Positions 41,663-55,882 of a stretch of 64,000 nt of DNA are shown here, piece after piece; within the stretch, counting starts at the first letter, position 1; the number at the start of each line of letters is the position of its first letter. A model generated the notes under the pieces. That model was not told the DNA's origin, searched no databases, and saw nothing but the letters and a program-made list of their open reading frames with translations. Where the stretch lies: assembly GCA_025201805.1 (NCBI GenBank), contig MU619351.1:2942-66941 (forward strand), read 5' to 3'. The position numbers and the translations under genes were made by a program. The stretch is from Parasitella parasitica NRRL 2501 (Eukaryota > Fungi > Mucoromycota).

Positions 41663-42598
41663 ATTGAGTAGACAGTGTTTATTTTTCATCAAGCAGGCGG
41701 GATACAAGCATGCATTGTATGCAATCATCTTCTGCCGATGTGATACGTCTTCTTCACCCTTGAAATGATTCATAGTTAACTTACTGTTACATAAAACCCT
41801 TTGATACAAATAAATCAAGCCGAAGCAACAGCATAATAAATAAAATAATGATTCGCCTTTTATTTCTGTATTTTGATAGAAACACAAGCCGGCAGGAAAA
41901 CCTCATAATCGAAGGAAACTTGGACAGATTAGCTTAGGAACGATAACAGGAGGGTTTTTATGGAAGTAGTAATTTTTCCTCTCAAAAACAAAGGCTATAA
42001 CGAAGCACAATTACTTAGGTTTGAGAAAAATACTATACATAACAACAATAAAGAACAAGACGTTGCAGTAGTATTGAGTATTGGTAAAAGTACATTTACA
42101 TGCAACCGAAAATATCTCTCCACCACCATCAAAGATATTGGAAACCAAATATCATGCGCTATCACAGGACATTTCGGTAAAAGTAATACAAAATATGCAA
42201 AAGAGAATCAGCAAAAAATGTGGTTTATTACCGCAAGGAAACTAATTGGTCTATTAAAGGCAAAAATCTGTTATTTCCTTGCTATTGTTTTAGTCAAAGT
42301 GTGAAAAACTATTCTTTATCCCGTAGTAGGGAAGTAGTGAACTTCGTAATATAGCCATCACATCATTAGAAGTGTAATTGCTTGCGAAAGAGGCTCGCAT
42401 TATTAAGTGTGGCGCGATGATGAGATTGAACAGCTTGAGCAGCTTGAACAGCTTCGTAAAGCAGCGCAGAAGATCAGCTCATATAAATTGCAAGAATGGC
42501 AGTGGTACTATTACGTAATGCGGCTTTATTATTAAACACTTATGAGAGATAATGTATACATGAATTTACAAAAATTGGAGAGTGATAGTAAATGAGAC

Positions 42599-43758
42599 TT
42601 AGAGATCATCATAACTTGTTAAAACTCTGCATGGTATAGCAGCTGTTGCAGGGTCTATTGAAGGATAGTTTGAATCGTTTAAATTTATCGTCAGGGAAGA
42701 GCGTCTTCTAGTATATCCATCAAATGATACTTCTTTTGCCATCAAACCATCTTCGTCTTGCCAAGGAACATTACCAAATCCAACCTTGTTCCGTTCAGGG
42801 ATTTTAGCACGATTAACTATATATAACTTTGTTATAATTGAATTACATAACGTATTTAATAAACGAAACAAACCTTTTATATGTCTTGCTCCTAGTAATG
42901 TACCATGCATATTTTGAATTGCTGATAATGCGGCTTCGTTTTTCTCGAATGTGATAAACCCATAACTATGATGACTACGTTTCAGTAAAAAAAAACCATC
43001 ATTTTGGCGTAGTTCCCCCTTACTCTTTTCCTTCAACAAGTCTGACACTCTCTAATGGTCCGAATCGAGAAAACACTGATTCAATTTCGCTTTCAGTAAC
43101 ATTCTCCAGATCACCAATGTAAACCTTTGTGGGGTAAAACTCTGTATCGATATATTGTGCTGCCTCCGAGTAAAGCTATATTTGAGATCTTAATTCAATA
43201 TATACGACAACTTTCTAATTATAACCTTACATCAACACCACCTCTATAATTGTGGTGGCTTCGGTAGCTTCTATGACGGTGCTTATGCCTACTTTCGCCA
43301 CGATTCTGCTCGTAATCGCTATCAGAGTCTGAATAGCGGCGTCTATATGAACGCTTGGGAGAGCGTGAGCCAGAAGACAAAGATCTGCGACGGTGGCGCT
43401 TATGCTGGTATATCTCCTCTCTTCTATCCCGATCACTTTCATCTCTGTCCTGATCTCTATCTTCAGATCTTTCTCGCTTAAACTTTTCTCTGCGACGTTT
43501 TACTCTTCCAAACTCATCTAGTTCTTCATCCTCATTATCTGAAATTATTGATCTACTTTGTGAGAGAGTTTGAGAGTTTTGGATTGGTTGCTATGCTTTG
43601 AAATTTTACCTTCTTTTGACATCTCTTGCAATCGATTTTCTCTCTTCTTCATTAGCTGCAGGAACAGATCGTTCAAAACGCTTTTTGATAAAAATTCAAA
43701 CCTTAGTAGCCGATCTATTATATGGATTTCATGTAATTACCTTTTGTTCATTAGACAT
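42599..43758 (-). CDS. RRM RNA-binding protein with an Arg/Ser/Asp-rich N-terminal region, multi-exon
   Basis: DELDEFGR motif; RS-rich exon; RNP2 KVYIGDL and RNP1 YGFITF; NRAKIPERN. Confidence 0.8.
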
Positions 43759-44053
43759 TGTAGCTCAAAAGAAGGTGGAGATTCCTAAAAAGTTTTTTTT
43801 TTTTTTNNNNNNNNNNTTTTTGATGTTGAGACCATAGTGACTGGGATAACTGTGTTATTAACTTTGAATGCTTCAAGGAAAAATAGGTTGGAGAAAAATG
43901 CATGTAGTATTATTGTTACAAGTTTTCATACACGTTGTTGTGATTTATTTCATTAATTTACTACCGCTATTCCTACAGATGCACATAAGAAACGGAACAG
44001 GCAGCCTCATTAACCCAAGCTAGGAAGTGTTATTTATTAAATGCCATTGATTT

Positions 44054-44892
44054 TTACATCTCTTCAAGCTCATCATCTGTCAAAAGCAAATCTTCTTCAG
44101 GGAAATCACCTACATTGACTTTTGTGGGACGAACGAATCCACCGTACTTGGGAGGACATTTGAAGTACTCTTTTCCTTGCACACTGCCATTATTTTTACC
44201 TACTGGCTCATCATATTGAATGCCTACCCACCAACCTGGTTGGAATTCTGTTTCTCCTACAAATTTGACTGTACCGCGTCTTTGTGCAATATTGTCGTCA
44301 CCTAAAACTTCACATCTATCTCCAATTTTGATTTGGTTTGCTGCATTCTCATGTGCTGCTTCGATGGCCTCTTCTTTGGCAGCTGCCTCTGCCGAAAATC
44401 TGCCCAGTTTATTTCGTTCCTTGAATGCTCTGACAGTATCTTTTGTTTTATATAAAATTAGTCGTCGATATTTTACAGGTCAAATGTATTCGTTTACCTG
44501 TTCTTTTTTTGTATTGATCTTCTGTTATCTCAAACTTCTCAACTAGTGAAACATCTGTATACTGGTTTTTCACGCGATGAGGATTAGTGTCTGTAACATG
44601 AAGTCTCATGTAATCTTCAACTGGATAAGCGCCCAGCATTTTGTTTTCGTCCTCGAATGTTCCTTGGAGATGTTTGCCTTGGTATAAATCGATCTTCTGT
44701 GTGGAACAAGGAATACCGGTGATGGGCTCCAGTTTATGCTGGTGCATAGTTTATCAAATCAACAACTGGTAATATCATGAGTTTATAATTTATTCTTACC
44801 TTGAGCTGGGAAATCGTTAAGCTTTTGTCAAAACGTCTTTCAGAAGAGACTTTTTCATCAGAGGTATCAACAAATAACGTTACAATAGACAT
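44054..44892 (-). CDS. TBCB: Tubulin-folding cofactor B (Ubl + CAP-Gly), 3 exons
   Basis: [36 protein letters not shown]; CAP-Gly [23 protein letters not shown]; VGDFPEEDL. Confidence 0.93.
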
Positions 44893-45847
44893 GATGGCGT
44901 TTAACAGTTATCAATAGGTTGTTCGTCAAGAGCCACGCCAAGCAACAGCTATTTTTTGAAGCTGATGTGACTCAGAAAACGATCGACACCAAAATTTTCA
45001 ATGAAAGAATACCTGCAGTCATAGCTATCACTTTTGAAAAAAATATTTAGGATTGAAAAGTAGATACCAATGCTAAGCAAGCTTCTACACACTCATAGGA
45101 AGCCTTTAAAAGGAGACTACAGTAAGCTGAAGCTTTGAATTGTTAAATCCTCAACCAAGCACAAAATGTTATTGTAATCATAAGCACAAGTGTGTATGAT
45201 ATGGTTGTTAAGCTAAGCTTCAACTTACGAACACACACATCTAATGGGTATATGGAAATTGTCCTTAACCCTATATTATAAACTTCAATAAACTTGAAAG
45301 ACACATCTAACCATATTATCTGGAAATGTTTTTTCGCCAAAAAAAGTTTTACATGTAAAAGCCGAGATTGGGCTCTTGAAGGGATGATACAGTTTTAAAA
45401 GTATTGTCTATTTAAGTAATGAGTAAGTCGATCAAATGAAAATCGACGCCTTTCTTTACCGTAGAAACTTATTTTAAAGCATAAAAAAAAAGATTAGAAG
45501 TGTGATCAATGAGGATATGCTATAAAAAACTTCAAACTGCCTTACGTTTCAAAGGATTTTTGCATATGAAAAATAAGCAAATATGGTGTACCAATGTTCT
45601 AAAACACTTAAAATGACAACCGTATGCATCCACTAAAATTATTATTATTATGAATACCATGAAATGAGTCGAATTGATCAAGAACAATGCTTCAATGTAT
45701 TTTGCTTGTCAAAGACGTCATCAAAAGGAAAGGGCTGCTGGAATTCTTTTGGGCAGTGCCAGAAGCGAAAACAAAATAAATTTCATTTTCTCCAATCTTC
45801 ATCATTACACTCCCCACTCTTTTTTCTATTTTCTATAAATTATCGCC

Positions 45848-46198
45848 ATGTTTAGAGCTTTAAATCGCTTTGCTATTGAAAGACCTGTTATATTTTGGTC
45901 TTTTGTTTTTGGAACAGCTGGTAATATTAACAATGATCCATAAAATACAACAAGCATGGCCATTAACAGTTATTTTCTCCACAACCAACCCCCGCATTTA
46001 GGTCCTGTCATGGTTTTTACAGTTCCTAAGGTTAGACGTGAATATTTCGGCTTCAAGGGCTATGACCCTCTTCCCATCTCATATCCTCGTAAGTTTTCAG
46101 TGGAAAACAGCATACAAAATGTATATTTACCACTATACATCTGTTTAGTTCCCAACCGTGCTCGTAGCCCCGTTAGTGGCTATGAAGATAGCGCTTAA
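45848..46198 (+). CDS. Complex I accessory subunit NI9M (9.5 kDa; NDUFA3-like), 3 exons
   Basis: Spliced product MFRALNRFAIERPVIFWSFVFGTAGPVMVFTVPKVRREYFGFKGYDPLPISYPLPNRARSPVSGYEDSA. Confidence 0.85.
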
Positions 46199-46850
46199 AG
46201 TAAAAGAATAGAAAATCACTTGGAATAAAAGAACACTGTGCAGAAATCCTACATAGCATAATATATTTGAACGATTAGAGTAAGAAAAATGTCGAATGGG
46301 ATAAATTACAACAAGAAAACGTCGATTATATTGTTTTTGTAAGGTTTTACTCGGTATGAAAAGCAAATCAACATGAGCCATTATTTGGTCAACGATTAGA
46401 GTTTTTTCATGTACTAGGTCATAAAAGACATTGTTTGGCATTGTTCAGCTGGAATTTTTCTTTAGAGTTGGAAATCTGGTTTACGAGGCCTAAGAAAGAT
46501 TGACACACATCAACATTTTACACTAGAAGCTATCAGGAATAAAGTTCCAATGATATCGTAGCTTGCTTTGGATTGGCTCAGTGAGCAATTGCCTTTCAGC
46601 CATCACTAATCTTCATTCAACAAGTATCCACATGTCAGTCCTCTTTTTCGGCGATGGCTCCGAAACAGCATATGTGTATTCATAAACCAAGTATCAGGAA
46701 CCCACCATTTATCAAAGTGGTCTGCTTTTTGCCTCTTCGGGCATAAAAATGAATTATCAAATCAAAAATACCTCTTGATAAGCACTATAAAACGGTAGCT
46801 TTCTGCTTATCCGTCTTTTCTTTCTTTTTCACCTGTCATACCAATTGAGC

Positions 46851-47420
46851 ATGCTTTCTGTCCGTAATTTATTGATCGACACTCAACACAAGGAACCAGA
46901 TACAAGAGCTTCAATACTGGATATTTCATCCTTACTAAATGATCAAGATGATTCATATACGAAAATCATGTTACCAAAACGGCAACAGCAACACCTTTCT
47001 ATTCATCATCATGCCCCAGTCAGCCACTCGCCAAGATTATCTTCGATTTTCTCGCAACCTTATTATCCAATTGACAAACAACAAAAAACTACAAGACAGA
47101 ATCAACTTGAATCAAGAAAAATTGAGCGAGAATTATTCGCTGAACGCAGACAGTCGACCTCTTCATTGGTTTCATCCTTTACAGCAGCAAGTTATCAAGA
47201 TAATGAAAAAGACGATTTCCCATTGAAACCGAGACGGCGAAGATCATCGAAGCAATTGGATATGCTGAACAAAGTTTTCGAAAGAACATTCTTTCCGTCG
47301 ACTCAATTGAGAGCTGAATTAGGTCGCCAACTTGGCATGAGCCCAAGAACAGTTCAAATTTGGTTTCAGAACAAACGCCAGGCAATCCGTTCAAGAGGTC
47401 GTTCCAATTCAAGCAAATAA
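46851..47420 (+). CDS. Homeobox transcription factor
   Basis: RRRSSKQLDMLNKVFERTFFPSTQLRAELGRQLGMSPRTVQIWFQNKRQ. A TATAAAA element lies upstream (~46786). Confidence 0.9.
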   Translation: MLSVRNLLIDTQHKEPDTRASILDISSLLNDQDDSYTKIMLPKRQQQHLSIHHHAPVSHSPRLSSIFSQPYYPIDKQQKTTRQNQLESRKIERELFAERRQSTSSLVSSFTAASYQDNEKDDFPLKPRRRRSSKQLDMLNKVFERTFFPSTQLRAELGRQLGMSPRTVQIWFQNKRQAIRSRGRSNSSK

Positions 47421-48135
47421 AACTCAATCGCCTGAATAATCACCATTAAGCCCTTAACATTTTCAAGTTTCCTTATTGCATTTTAAAAATTAATAAACTA
47501 AACTCTTCTAGATTTAATCAATCATTCTTTTGTTCATGTGGATGTGAGCATCATGCAGCATTATAACAGTCGAGTTGATAAAATAAGAAACACAGACTGA
47601 GATAAATTTTGAAATCTGCTTATTCCCGTATTTTAGTAAACAGAATCATCGTTATACGGACTATATTTAAAACCACAGAACTTTCCATGTATTCTGCACT
47701 AGTTTACCTAAAAACTTTTTGATTATGGTTTTCCATTGATAAATGGCATGTTTACTATTAATCGCAGTGTAATAATCAGTGGTTATCACGATAATTGGGT
47801 TCAACACTATGCAATTAAATCGAACAAGGTTGCGAACCATCTACTCTGAATTCGTCGGTGTTAAACTTGACTTTCCTTTGTTATTATTATTAATATTGTA
47901 GAAAGATGACACATAAAAAAGGTTTCATGATATAAGGTATATGTGCAGATATCAACATTTATTGTTTCATTTTAAATGAAAAAAATCACCTTAAAATTGT
48001 CGGAATATGTAAAGAACATTGCACATTATTTTGTTATTCCATTATGTATATTTCTAATGTTTAAATCAATTCTGCAGTGGGCATCAGATACAGTCTTTTT
48101 ATGATTTTTTAAATAAAAGTTCAAGCAAATGATAT

Positions 48136-49922
48136 ATGTCACGATGTTTATGATAACATATATTAGCTGACAACAAACCTTTTGTTTCTGATTAAAGCTG
48201 AGAAGTTTCTGAAAGAGGAGAAATGTCTCCCTAAGGATATTTTAAGCAGGGACAGAAGTATTAAATACAATCACCAACGTGCCATAACGCTTAAAAGCAA
48301 GAAATTTAGCTTCGTGTGCCAATTTTTGGTTGATTTTCATAATCAAAAGTGCCCTGAAAACACCAGAAATAGTATCCATTGGGAAAAAACTATATTATAT
48401 ATGCTTTTGGTGCAATTTGGCCATGATTTTTTTTTCGATGCAAAACGACGGATTTTTTTCGATTTTTTCCTTGTACCCACACATCCAAAATCATCGATTA
48501 TACATTATCCTCAATTTTGACCCCAAAATTGCAACTTTTTACTAAAGCATATATTGGAGGAAAATGATCGTAAAAGACCATTCCATGATCTGAAGGACTG
48601 ACAATGCGCTTTGATTAATCAAAATGTTGACTTTTCCCTCTTAAACTGATTTGACGTTTTCTCGATAGAACTGCTTCCATAAGCATGCAGGAATGATGAA
48701 ATTATACCATCATGTAGAGCGCCCAAAAATGCACCTATTATCATAGATTGACACCAGTGGTATGCATAGTATAAGAAGATGATATTTTGCCCAAAAGGAG
48801 TAATTTTGATTTCTGATTGTCCAAATGGAGTTTCTGAAAGAATTTTTCCTTCCAGATTTTGGACGCGTTTAATCTCCACTATTGAAGAGAAATGGTGTTT
48901 TTTTTAAGAAAGCATTAGCTTTGAGAAGCCATAGCTTACCCAATTCAAAAGGAAAGCAATTGAAATTTAGTTTATTTGAATGGTGTGATCATTGGCTTTT
49001 TAATGGTAGTACTTGCATATCTTTTCCCGGCATGACGATCTCACGCTCCGATTTTGAAAAATACTTTTCCAAAAAAAGTCAAAAATGTCGCTACCTTCAT
49101 CTGGTTTCAACTTCAAAAGTACACAAACATGCTCTAAGCTATGCAAATATGTAATCAAAAGGTACCTTATAATCTAATACATTACTTTGAATTACTTGTT
49201 CTTTTGTTTGAAATTGCTAAACATTGTTCTCTTATAGTTTTTGTCTTTTTTCTGACAAGAATTCACTGAAGTTCGCGTAGACCAAAAAAAAAAAAAAAAA
49301 GAATTAGGCACCTAAAATCTACGCTGGCTTTACAAAGACACACACTTTTGAACCATTCCAATACAGTAGTATGGAAAGATGGCACAGGTTTGACTATCTG
49401 TTCTATTGTGCAACTAGATATAGAGAGCCCAGTTTGGTACTTGTCTGACAAGACCTTCTGTACTAGAAGACGCCAGATCAACTGAATGTCTAAGAAAGTG
49501 TCAGAGAAAATGAAACAATCTGCCACCAGGATAACACACCCATTCATAAAAATTATCTGTATAGAAATTTATGAAATCCCAAGAACATGAATGTGTTTAT
49601 CTTCAACCTTGCTCTCCATTTCTGAATCCAATTAAAGGTTTTTGATCCAAAGTCAACAGACTCGCATATGTCTGTCAATAGGTAGCCGTAACCTCTTTTA
49701 AAGACTACCTTGAGCTTAAAGATATGATATTGATAGCTTATTTCACAACCCATTCTCTTTGTATTTTCATTATGAATGAAACAAAGCAATTATTCTTTTT
49801 CTCTGAATATGGAAATCCCCACTTAAAATCTTTTTAGGGAGACATTTCTCTTTAGCTTTTACCAGAAACAAAAGGTTTGTTACCAAAAACCCTAATATAT
49901 ATTATCACAATCATCATGACAT
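48136..49922. mobile_element. Putative non-autonomous DNA transposon relic bounded by ~110 bp imperfect inverted repeats
   Basis: Exact inverted matches: 48172-48190 vs 49863-49881 (19 bp) and 48218-48234 vs 49834-49850 (17 bp), inside longer degenerate arms. Confidence 0.6.
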
Positions 49923-50226
49923 TTTTTTCAATAAATACAAAATGACAGTTGATTAATGCAGTGATCATTTCTTTTTGCACTGGCGAGGCGATTTTTATAT
50001 ATACATACACATTTAGAAATAAAAGAAGGAAAGAAAATAATAATAATGGGAGGGGTGCTAAAAAGGCTTACAAAACTAAACTATAGAAGAAAAGACAGAA
50101 AGATATATATAATAAATATTGAAAAATGTATAGTAATTTTNNNNNNNNNNGGTTCCTTGCAAAAGAGGTGTTCTAACTTCTTCTTTTTTCCCTTGTTTTT
50201 TTGTTTTTCTTTGTTTGCAGTAAAGC

Positions 50227-52339
50227 TTATCTTTTCTTTGGTACATTAGGTTTTGGTTTATGGTAAACGTGACACTAGAAAACAATCAAGATGAATACGA
50301 TTATTCAAAACAACACTTGAATGTACTACCTTGTGTGCATGTCGATACCAGAGTACGCTGTTTTTCCTTTTAACATTACTTACAGCAACCCAAGTGTGGC
50401 ACTGATGGCATAAGCCTTCAACCAAATCTTGATCGACCCAACGGGTTTCCAATGGTTGAACAAACTCTTTACCCGAAACAGAAGAGATCCCATGAAAGAA
50501 TTGTTTATGATACCTTTTCAAAGCAAGTAAATATTTATGCCACTATATCAAGATATTACAAATCTTACCAATATGCACTATTTTTAAGTTGAAGCCATTT
50601 ACCAGGTTTACATGTATCACATAAGCCCTCTTTTGATTGACCGTTATACCTTACCCACTGTGGTGTATACTTGTCGCCAGCAAAACGAAGCTTTTGTTTG
50701 CGAGGTCTCGCTTCTGGATCTGTTCTTGCAGCATCAACGTCCCGAGCAGACATATCAGGGTAATCCTCTTCATTAGCTTCTTGTTCCAGCTCTTCATCAA
50801 ATTCATCAGTACTGGAAGATTTCTGTTTCTTACGTTTTGGCTTGGAAATAATAGGGGAAGCATGCTGTTGCTGCTGCTGTTGATGAGGATGCTGTTGTGG
50901 CTCCATTGATTGATGGGTTGGCAGCGGTAGCTTTCCGTTGGTAGGATAATAATAGCGTTGCTGCATGGAGTGTTGTGGCGGGAAAGTATAAGAATAATAG
51001 GGATGTTGCTGTTGTGGTTGCTGTGGTTCTAAATCACGTTTCATGCCACAGTTATTTGATACCTCTGGTTGACGAGCAAGAGGATGTAGCATTGAAACTC
51101 CGCCAGGATGGTGATGATGTTGTAGTTGATCAGGTTGCTGTTGTGGTGGTTGCGAATGTTGTTGCTGAGGATGAGAAGGAGGATAACGATGGTGATAGGT
51201 ATGAGGTACAAGTGGAGAACTCATAGTAGGATGATAAAGTCTTCCATGTTGGCGAGGAGAGATAGGATGGTTTGAATATTCTACAGAACTGTAAGGATGT
51301 TGTGATTGTTGCTGTTGGTGATGAGGATGCTGTGATTGCAATTGATGTAAGTCATCGTGGCTCCAAGACACCTTGGTAGGAGCATGATGACTATAGAGAT
51401 TCTCTTGCTTGAACACAGGAACATCGGCATGAGCTGAAGGGAAGTTTACAGAAGAAGAGGAAGACGAAGCAGTGGCAATTGCTGATGTGTCGGGGCTTGA
51501 TACCTTATGCAAAAGATCTGGTCTTTCTAAAAATGCTTCAGGCATTGTCTGCCAGCTCATGTTTACATCATAAGAGTGGCGACGATTCGATTCTGCTTCA
51601 TTGATCAGGACATCCCCCCAAGCACTTTTATTCTGCGATGGAATTGACATGTCGTCTTGCCATTGTTGATGTTGAGGATGGACTATGAATATTGAAGAAA
51701 AAAATTTTTTTAGTAATCAGCCATTTTTTTATGCGCATAATTTGTCTCCTTATTTCATGCTTCGTGTATTTAAGCTTTCTTTTTTATTTTAACTCTTCCC
51801 CCTAACAACAAAAAAAAATTACCTTTATGTTCAACATCATTTGCTTTCGGAAAGGCCATTAGTTTGTTAAAATTTGCTAATAGCATGGCTGCTTCAATAG
51901 AATTTCTTTGTTGTGATAGATGTAAACTCAGTTGCGCTTCATGATTTAAACCAAACGGCAAACCCAAGATAGCAGGGCTACTCTTGCGTTTATCATATCT
52001 GTTTAGTAATAAAGCAGGATTTAAACTGTCTTGATCAATCTCCAGCTGTTGGTCTTGGGAAGAGGAAGAAGAGCAAGATGCCATAGAGGCATCCTCTCGA
52101 GTGGGGGTAACCATAGTAGCAATAGGATATGAGACTGAAGCAGTAGCTTCTGCATTGGCGCCGTCTTCTTCTTCAACTAATGTTGGCAATATCTTTGGAA
52201 GGCTTGATGTGCTTGATGTTGCAGTTACATTTGGCTTGTAGTCTGATGTTGATGGCAAGTTGATGCGGTCATTCGATCGTTCTGCATAATGTATGCCAGA
52301 ATGTTCTTCTTTAGCAGGAAGATATTTTTGAATATCCAT
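50227..52339 (-). CDS. Rua1/DUF4451-domain putative transcription regulator with Q/H/P-rich middle, 4 exons
   Basis: RFAGDKYTPQWVRYNGQSKEGLCDTC..GKWLQLKNSAYWYHKQFFHGISSVSG..VEGLCHQC..WYRHAHKCH. Confidence 0.82.
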
Positions 52340-55166
52340 GTTTAAATTTATTAAGCGAGATTGGTTTTTTCCTGCTTGCCTAGATTTCCTTCTACATGAT
52401 ATAAAAAATCAGAATTTAAAATCAAATCTAAATATAGTTTTTTGCGACACTTACATTTGATTTTCTCTTTAGCAAAAAAATCAAGATGGATAATAAAAAA
52501 AAAGGTATTTAGTAGCTTTTTTTCAACAAATAAATAAAAAGGAAAAGGAATATCAGAAAAAAGTATTTGCAAAAAAAATTAAAGCAAAAAAAACGAAAAA
52601 AAAAGGCTTAACCAATCAATGCAAGATAGGTTGAGCCTCACATTAATCAATGTGACTGTACTGTCTATTTTGTGTTGATCTATTTTGTCTAAAAATGGTT
52701 TGAAATGTATCAAAAATTGCACAAATTTTGAACAATAACATCTAAATACATCTGATCTGTAAGTTTTTACTGATTTTTTTTGTGGTAGAATGTATCATGA
52801 ATCCATGATTTAAATATATGAGAATGCATTAGATGGCTTATTGTTTCAAACTCAATAGTTAGTGTCATTGGATACATTTCACCTTGAATGAAATTGGCTT
52901 CTATTTGTGATACTCGAGAAAATTTTGTTTTTTATTTTTATGGCTACCCCTTGATGGTTTGCAAATGTGCGAGTGTCTAAGCAGGAAAGTTAAGCATAAA
53001 CGAGAGTATATGACGTCAAAAACATAGTTTTGCTTTTATAAATGATTGCTTAAATGTACACGATATTGATTTGTTCTGATCGATATCTTTTGGAAAGTAC
53101 GTTTTGTTCTATTTTTCTCTCATTCTTATCGAAGGATACCTTTTTATTTTGTTTTGTTTATTTTGATTGTTATTATGCAAAACCAATTTAAACAGGGGAA
53201 AGCTCTTACAAAATTTTCAAGACTATAAAATCTCAGACAGTTTAAACGAAAAGTAGCTTAAATTTTAGGGTCTATGAAGATCAAATCAAGTGAAAACTAT
53301 TACAAGATACCGTCATCTAAGCAGCTTACGACATATCCTAATAAGGGATTGCTTGAACATTGAAAAAATTGCTCTATAGCAACATATTATTGCTTAAATT
53401 TATTGCATGGAATACCTTGTTTCTTTCTCTTCCCCTTTTACTCCTATAGTCATACATACGTATAAAGTTACACAGCATTTTAAAAGTATCATATATACAC
53501 ATTGCACGTGGCTTTGTGCCTTACAAAAAGTTTTCATTGTGTATGCACAAATCGCCTCGGATCATGCAAAAATAAAATGATTTTGATCATCAAAATAAGA
53601 ATGCATTGATATAAAGAGGTTTTTACTTTTATGACAGTCTTTATTTCCACCGAATTTGAAAAAATATTATCGATAATCATTGCTTCATCCTAGATGATGG
53701 CATACAAAGAAGTATAGGTTACTTTTATGCAACTTATACCGAGGATTAACAAAATTGCGCTTTCAAACTATATGTAATGCACAAGTAACTTTCAGGCACC
53801 TTACGAATTCTCGGCAAATCTCGGTTAATACTATTATGCAGTGAGTCGAATCCCTTTACTCCTATACATCCATGTTCATGTTCCAAGTATACATATACTT
53901 GCTACAAATGTACTTTTTTTGTGATTATTAAATTGTGAGGAATCCCTCCAAAAGCCCTGAAATCTGTTAGGTATTAGTAAGCGCAGCACATGTAGTTGTT
54001 TAGGACTATTTAATTGACTAAGGCATTGATTCATATGTGATTCCTCCTCATTTTATTAGTCTCTGCAATTTTATAAGCATATCACTGCATTAAAGGCACT
54101 TCACATATAGCTATTACAATATATATTGTATTCACGGAGTCCTTTTGATTTCGGTTGACAGATCTCTACTTTGGCTTTCAATTATTGTTCTAGCAGCCTT
54201 TTATAGAGTTATAGGTGTTCTTATGACTTGTGAAGGCTACTTACTATCTAGTAGTGTATTAGTTTTCGATATTCCAATAAAGGCAAGCAGAAGTCTTTTA
54301 ATAGTTAAACTTATACCTAGAGCCATATACGATATCTTTTTATTTATTTCTAAGCAATTTAAAATAAAATGCAGTGTGATATATATATATATACAAGATC
54401 AACATAAAACATGGGCATTTCATTTTTTGTCGGAGTTGTAGAAATAATGCATATTTATATCTCCGCTCAGGGGGTATTTTTCTGTGATGAATATTTCCAA
54501 AGGCCACTGTGGCAAGTGTATAGTTTATAAAACACACTTTGGAAAGCGTGTAGCTGTCTCTTGAGTATCCAGAATTGCTGTTGTACCATATGATAAGCTA
54601 GCATGATAATTTTAAGGTTCAAAATACTGAATAGCACATGTCAAGTTCAAGTCCAAATTTTATTGATTCCATGAAGCTCAGTTTGTAAGGTCATGTCGTC
54701 TTCAACTGTTACAAAGTGTGAGCGAATTCACAGTATCAATAATTTTTTTAAATTCCTGTATACTGAAACAATTATACGTATTTATTAATATAATCTTCTG
54801 CATAAACATGTACATACTTTATATTAGAAATATAGGTTCATGGCACACTCGAATGGTTTTAAATTGTTGCATCTTTTGGAAATAACTTTAAATTTAAATC
54901 CATAATAATGTAACGTAAAAAAGCGTATGATTAACGAAATTATAACATGAAAAGATCAATAATTTGTACGACCTAACCTTCGCTTTTCATTTGACCTAAA
55001 ATATTACACACATAAAATTTATACACTACTGTCTTCTTTTCACTTTTCTTTTATCGACGACTTGCTGGCGAGCTCTTTTTGTTTCTGTTCAACACAAAAA
55101 AATATCAAATCGGGAATACAAGATATACGTAAAATAGCAGCTGAATCAAAGTATTCACTCAAAAAC

Positions 55167-55703
55167 ATGGATCGCCAATATCAAGCAATATATTCTAATA
55201 CCACTACTGCTAATAATCGATTGCCTATAACACCCAACAGCAACTCACCACCATCTGTGATAGATTCAAGGGATTGTCTACCATCATCATCTGTTTCGAA
55301 AGACACAAATGATCATGGTAGTAAACCTGATACACTTCACGATTACCCACAAGAGATAACTTGGCTTTTTTTTCGAGATAACAAATGGGTTCCATTTCAA
55401 TCTAACAATCATTATAAAATAGAGCAAGCTTTTACTCTAGGAGGTAGGCAACTTTTATAGTATACATTAAATTTTTTGTTCATTTAACTTTACTCATCTC
55501 ACACCATACTATAGGTATATATGTTGATATTAAAGGTAAATAATACTAAATACCAACAAGAAGCCATTTCGAAAATAATTATGTAATACTTTTAAATAGA
55601 TCTGAACTTTCCTCATTTAAAAAGCATTCGCGTGTTTCCGACAAGAATGTATCTATCATATCTAGGTATGAAGTATCGACTCAGTTGTGTCATACAAGGA
55701 TGA
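55167..55703 (+). CDS. Small protein with a C-terminal WWE-like domain; 3 exons including a 21-nt microexon (55515-55535)
   Basis: Spliced C-terminus WLFFRDNKWVPFQSNNHYKIEQAFTLGGIYVDIKDLNFPHLKSIRVFPTRMYLSYLGMKYRLSCVIQG*. Confidence 0.72.
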
Positions 55704-55882
55704 CCTTGATTTTATTACTTTATGATGTCGCAATGGCAATATATCATATAATACAAATACTTTGTTTTGTATGTGTTGTTGCATTTAACAATTATGGAAA
55801 ACCAAGTGTACAAAGAAAAAACACAAAAACAAACTACAGTTGATCCAATAAATTTTGCTGTCCGGGCTGAACAAACTTTTGG

